From positions 1 to 8,306 of the forward strand of contig JAQGDQ010002216.1 in the NCBI GenBank assembly GCA_030141605.1: a DNA stretch of 8,306 nucleotides, written 5' to 3'. The DNA comes from Tubiluchus corallicola (taxonomy: Eukaryota > Animalia > Priapulida). The position numbers and the translations under genes were made by a program. The notes under the pieces were generated by a model that worked only from the letters and a program-made list of their open reading frames with translations, was not told the DNA's origin and searched no databases. Numbering within the stretch: position 1 is the stretch's first letter; each line of letters starts with the position of its first letter. Below, piece after piece: positions 5,901-8,306 of this stretch.

Positions 5901-8306
5901 GTAAGTAAATATTTGTCTTATCTCTTTTAAAAGAGTGAAATCTCTTTGAAAAAAATGAAACAAAAAACATTGTCCAGTGAAGTGTAAAATTGCAAATTAA
6001 TTTATATCAATTTTTTTGCAGACAAAATTTTTTCTTAGGTCAATAGCATATCAAACTGTTGAAAAAAGTAAAGTTTGCTGTGATCATAGCCTTTTTGCTT
6101 GACATTTGTGAAAACAACGTCATCGGCTTATCGTACATTGACAAAAGAAGTGATTATAATATTAATTACAACGGAACTTTGGTGCCAGTTGAGAACTTGG
6201 TTGCATTAATACATAGAGCTGCATTATGGTAGTGCCCTTAACATTATTCCATTTGTGAAGAATGTTAATTTTATGCTACGAAATGCCGCAGCCATCTCAA
6301 CCAACAATACATAAATACACTTACGTAATGTTTCTACTATGAAGTATCTTTACTATGTAAAAATGTGTTGCCTATGGCATTTGCAAATTAAGCTTTTTTA
6401 ATAGCATCATCTTAGAGTGAGGCCCAGATGCTTGGTACCAATGCAGGGTTAATTAAGTGATTAACATAAAACATCTTTTGTCAGGGTTACTATTATGTAT
6501 ACTGTTTCGTTTTTTACCCCATGAGCTCTAGCTATGGAACTTCCGTGTACATACATATCCATATGTACAAATATATGACCAGTTGATTAATAGAATTAAT
6601 ACACGTTAGATTTTAATGGTTTTGTAATTTTATGCTTTTCATGCGTATTGATTCTGCTGATGTTTATCTGTGAAACAGGCTTAGAATATAGTCAGGTGTA
6701 AGTATGAATTGGCCTTTTCAAGATGATTTCTTATGGCTTATAAATCAGATTGTAAGCGATTAAAAAGTCCATAAGCCATGTGATTTTGATGCTTTTGTAC
6801 TGTCAATCCATCCAGCATTCATCAACAATGTATGTGATGAATGATGTTCGACACAGATGGAAATTACATAAATGGAATTGTATAATTAATGTCCGATGTT
6901 GGGGTCTTAACAATGTGATGAAGTAGGTCATGCACAAATAATTTCAATTGCTGTGAGTGCTTTGAATTTGCTCTAATGTTCTTTAATGTTATATCTAGGA
7001 TAACGAGTTATATATTGCAGAGAGACCTACCAGACAGATATTAGGTTACGGCAATATTTAATAATAGCATTGGTAATACTATTTATTTAACATATGGAGC
7101 TGAACAGTAAGTCTAGTAGTTTCGACAAAAATCAACTGAATTGTTGTCGTTTTGCTCCATCCAACAGTGCAAACTAAATTATACCAGAAGTGCTAACGAT
7201 TTATGTAAATGTATCTGTCATCATCTGTTTTGTTGAAAGGGTTATCAGAACAACTAGAACATATTCTGCAAACAAAATTATTATTTACAGAACAATTTGT
7301 GAATTAAGTATTTTTTTTCGTCTACTGCCTGCTTGCACTTTCTTTAAATGAGGCCTCACATTTCTATGTAATGTGTTCGATCATTTTGCTACACGTTTTA
7401 TCAATTTTGCAAATCGTTAGTATAAATGAATAGTTCTTTCTTGCACCAATAAAATCTTAAAACTTCTATCTTTGAAATACAAGCAGAGCTTACAGCATAA
7501 AATCTTACTTTGTATAATAAATCATGGCGAAAATGCTAAACAAAAAATGTCTAAGATCACAAGACAGTGTGCTGGTGAAAAATTTTATCTTGAAAACAGT
7601 AGACACTTTCAGTCCAGAATTTGTAGACTTTGTGTAGTTAACCTGATTATACTTCTCAGTATTTTAGCAAGAATTTTGCAGGGAAGTAAGAACAGTTACT
7701 AATAAATCTGAATGTTAATTTTTAATAACACTGCATTTTCACTAACACTAACACTGAACATGCATATATTTGCTTGTAAGAATGATCATTTTGCATGACA
7801 TCCATTTTCTACTATTTTATGGCTGTGCCTGTATTTATATTGTAAATGCAAAGTAATAATTACATTAAGAAACTGTACAGTATATTAATTTACTAAGTGC
7901 TAATTTATATAATTGAGATATTCCTGTCTACATAACCAATAAACCAGTTTTTTTATAAAGATATTTGTGTATTTATATAAACTGGAGCAAAAATTCTTGT
8001 TGACTGCCATGCTAATCATTACTTTTGTACTATTAATACTACTGTATTAATCCCTGTTTGTGGCACTGCCTTAATCAATGATTAAGTTCTGGAATAACGT
8101 GTTGGAAATTCCGTAGTGTCCTCCGATAAGAGCCAGTTTGGCTAATGTTATGTTACTTTCATGTATGGAAACTTTGTACATTCTGAGATTTCAAAATTAA
8201 TAATCAGGTATGTTTAATAGTTTCATACTGCTAAAGTGACATGCTCAAGATGTTAATTTCTTGTAGAGCAAGAACCTTTTATTACTAAGACAATGATAAA
8301 TTAATC

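Noticed and set aside
5580-5970. Three overlapping short ORFs (5580-5813 -, 5745-5930 +, 5782-5970 -)
   Set aside because: Intronic, antisense or wrong-frame overlaps around the real 5842-5900 exon.
6046-6232. ~60-codon stop-free stretch with locally raised CpG
   Set aside because: No ATG, no convincing splice pair and no recognisable homology. It may be a repeat fragment but cannot be supported.
6834-6960. Two GTGATGA box C-like motifs (6834, 6915), suggesting an intronic C/D snoRNA
   Set aside because: No CTGA box D at a suitable distance and no terminal stem.
7472-7702. 76-aa + strand ORF
   Set aside because: TTG start and no similarity to the expected next TPC1 segment (FPDVMMP...) or any family I recognise.
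8250-8306. Acceptor-like TTTCTTGTAG near the window end
   Set aside because: The downstream sequence does not encode the expected FPDVM continuation in phase 2; the next exon is probably beyond the window.

Overview
AT-rich animal (probably invertebrate) genomic DNA. The window holds an internal part of a + strand spliced gene for a two-pore channel of the TPC1/TPCN1 type. Five GT-AG exons (1371-1484, 1636-1766, 2739-2827, 5472-5506, 5842-5900) join in frame to [142 protein letters not shown](N). This covers domain I from S2 to the TTAN selectivity filter; the gene's start and end lie outside the window. The introns carry at least three non-autonomous DNA transposons. The first is a CpG-rich pogo-type (Passer/POGK-like) deletion derivative ending at 733, whose transposase is collapsed to its first and last codons and which contains a long fold-back. 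The second is a hAT-like element (3689-4645) and the third a Tc1/mariner-pogo (Tigger-like) MITE (4699-5398). None of the supplied six-frame ORFs is a real gene. I see no evidence for a wholly new system. The most interesting lead is the same-strand transposase remnant, which looks like a splice-acceptor plus polyA gene trap inside the channel gene.
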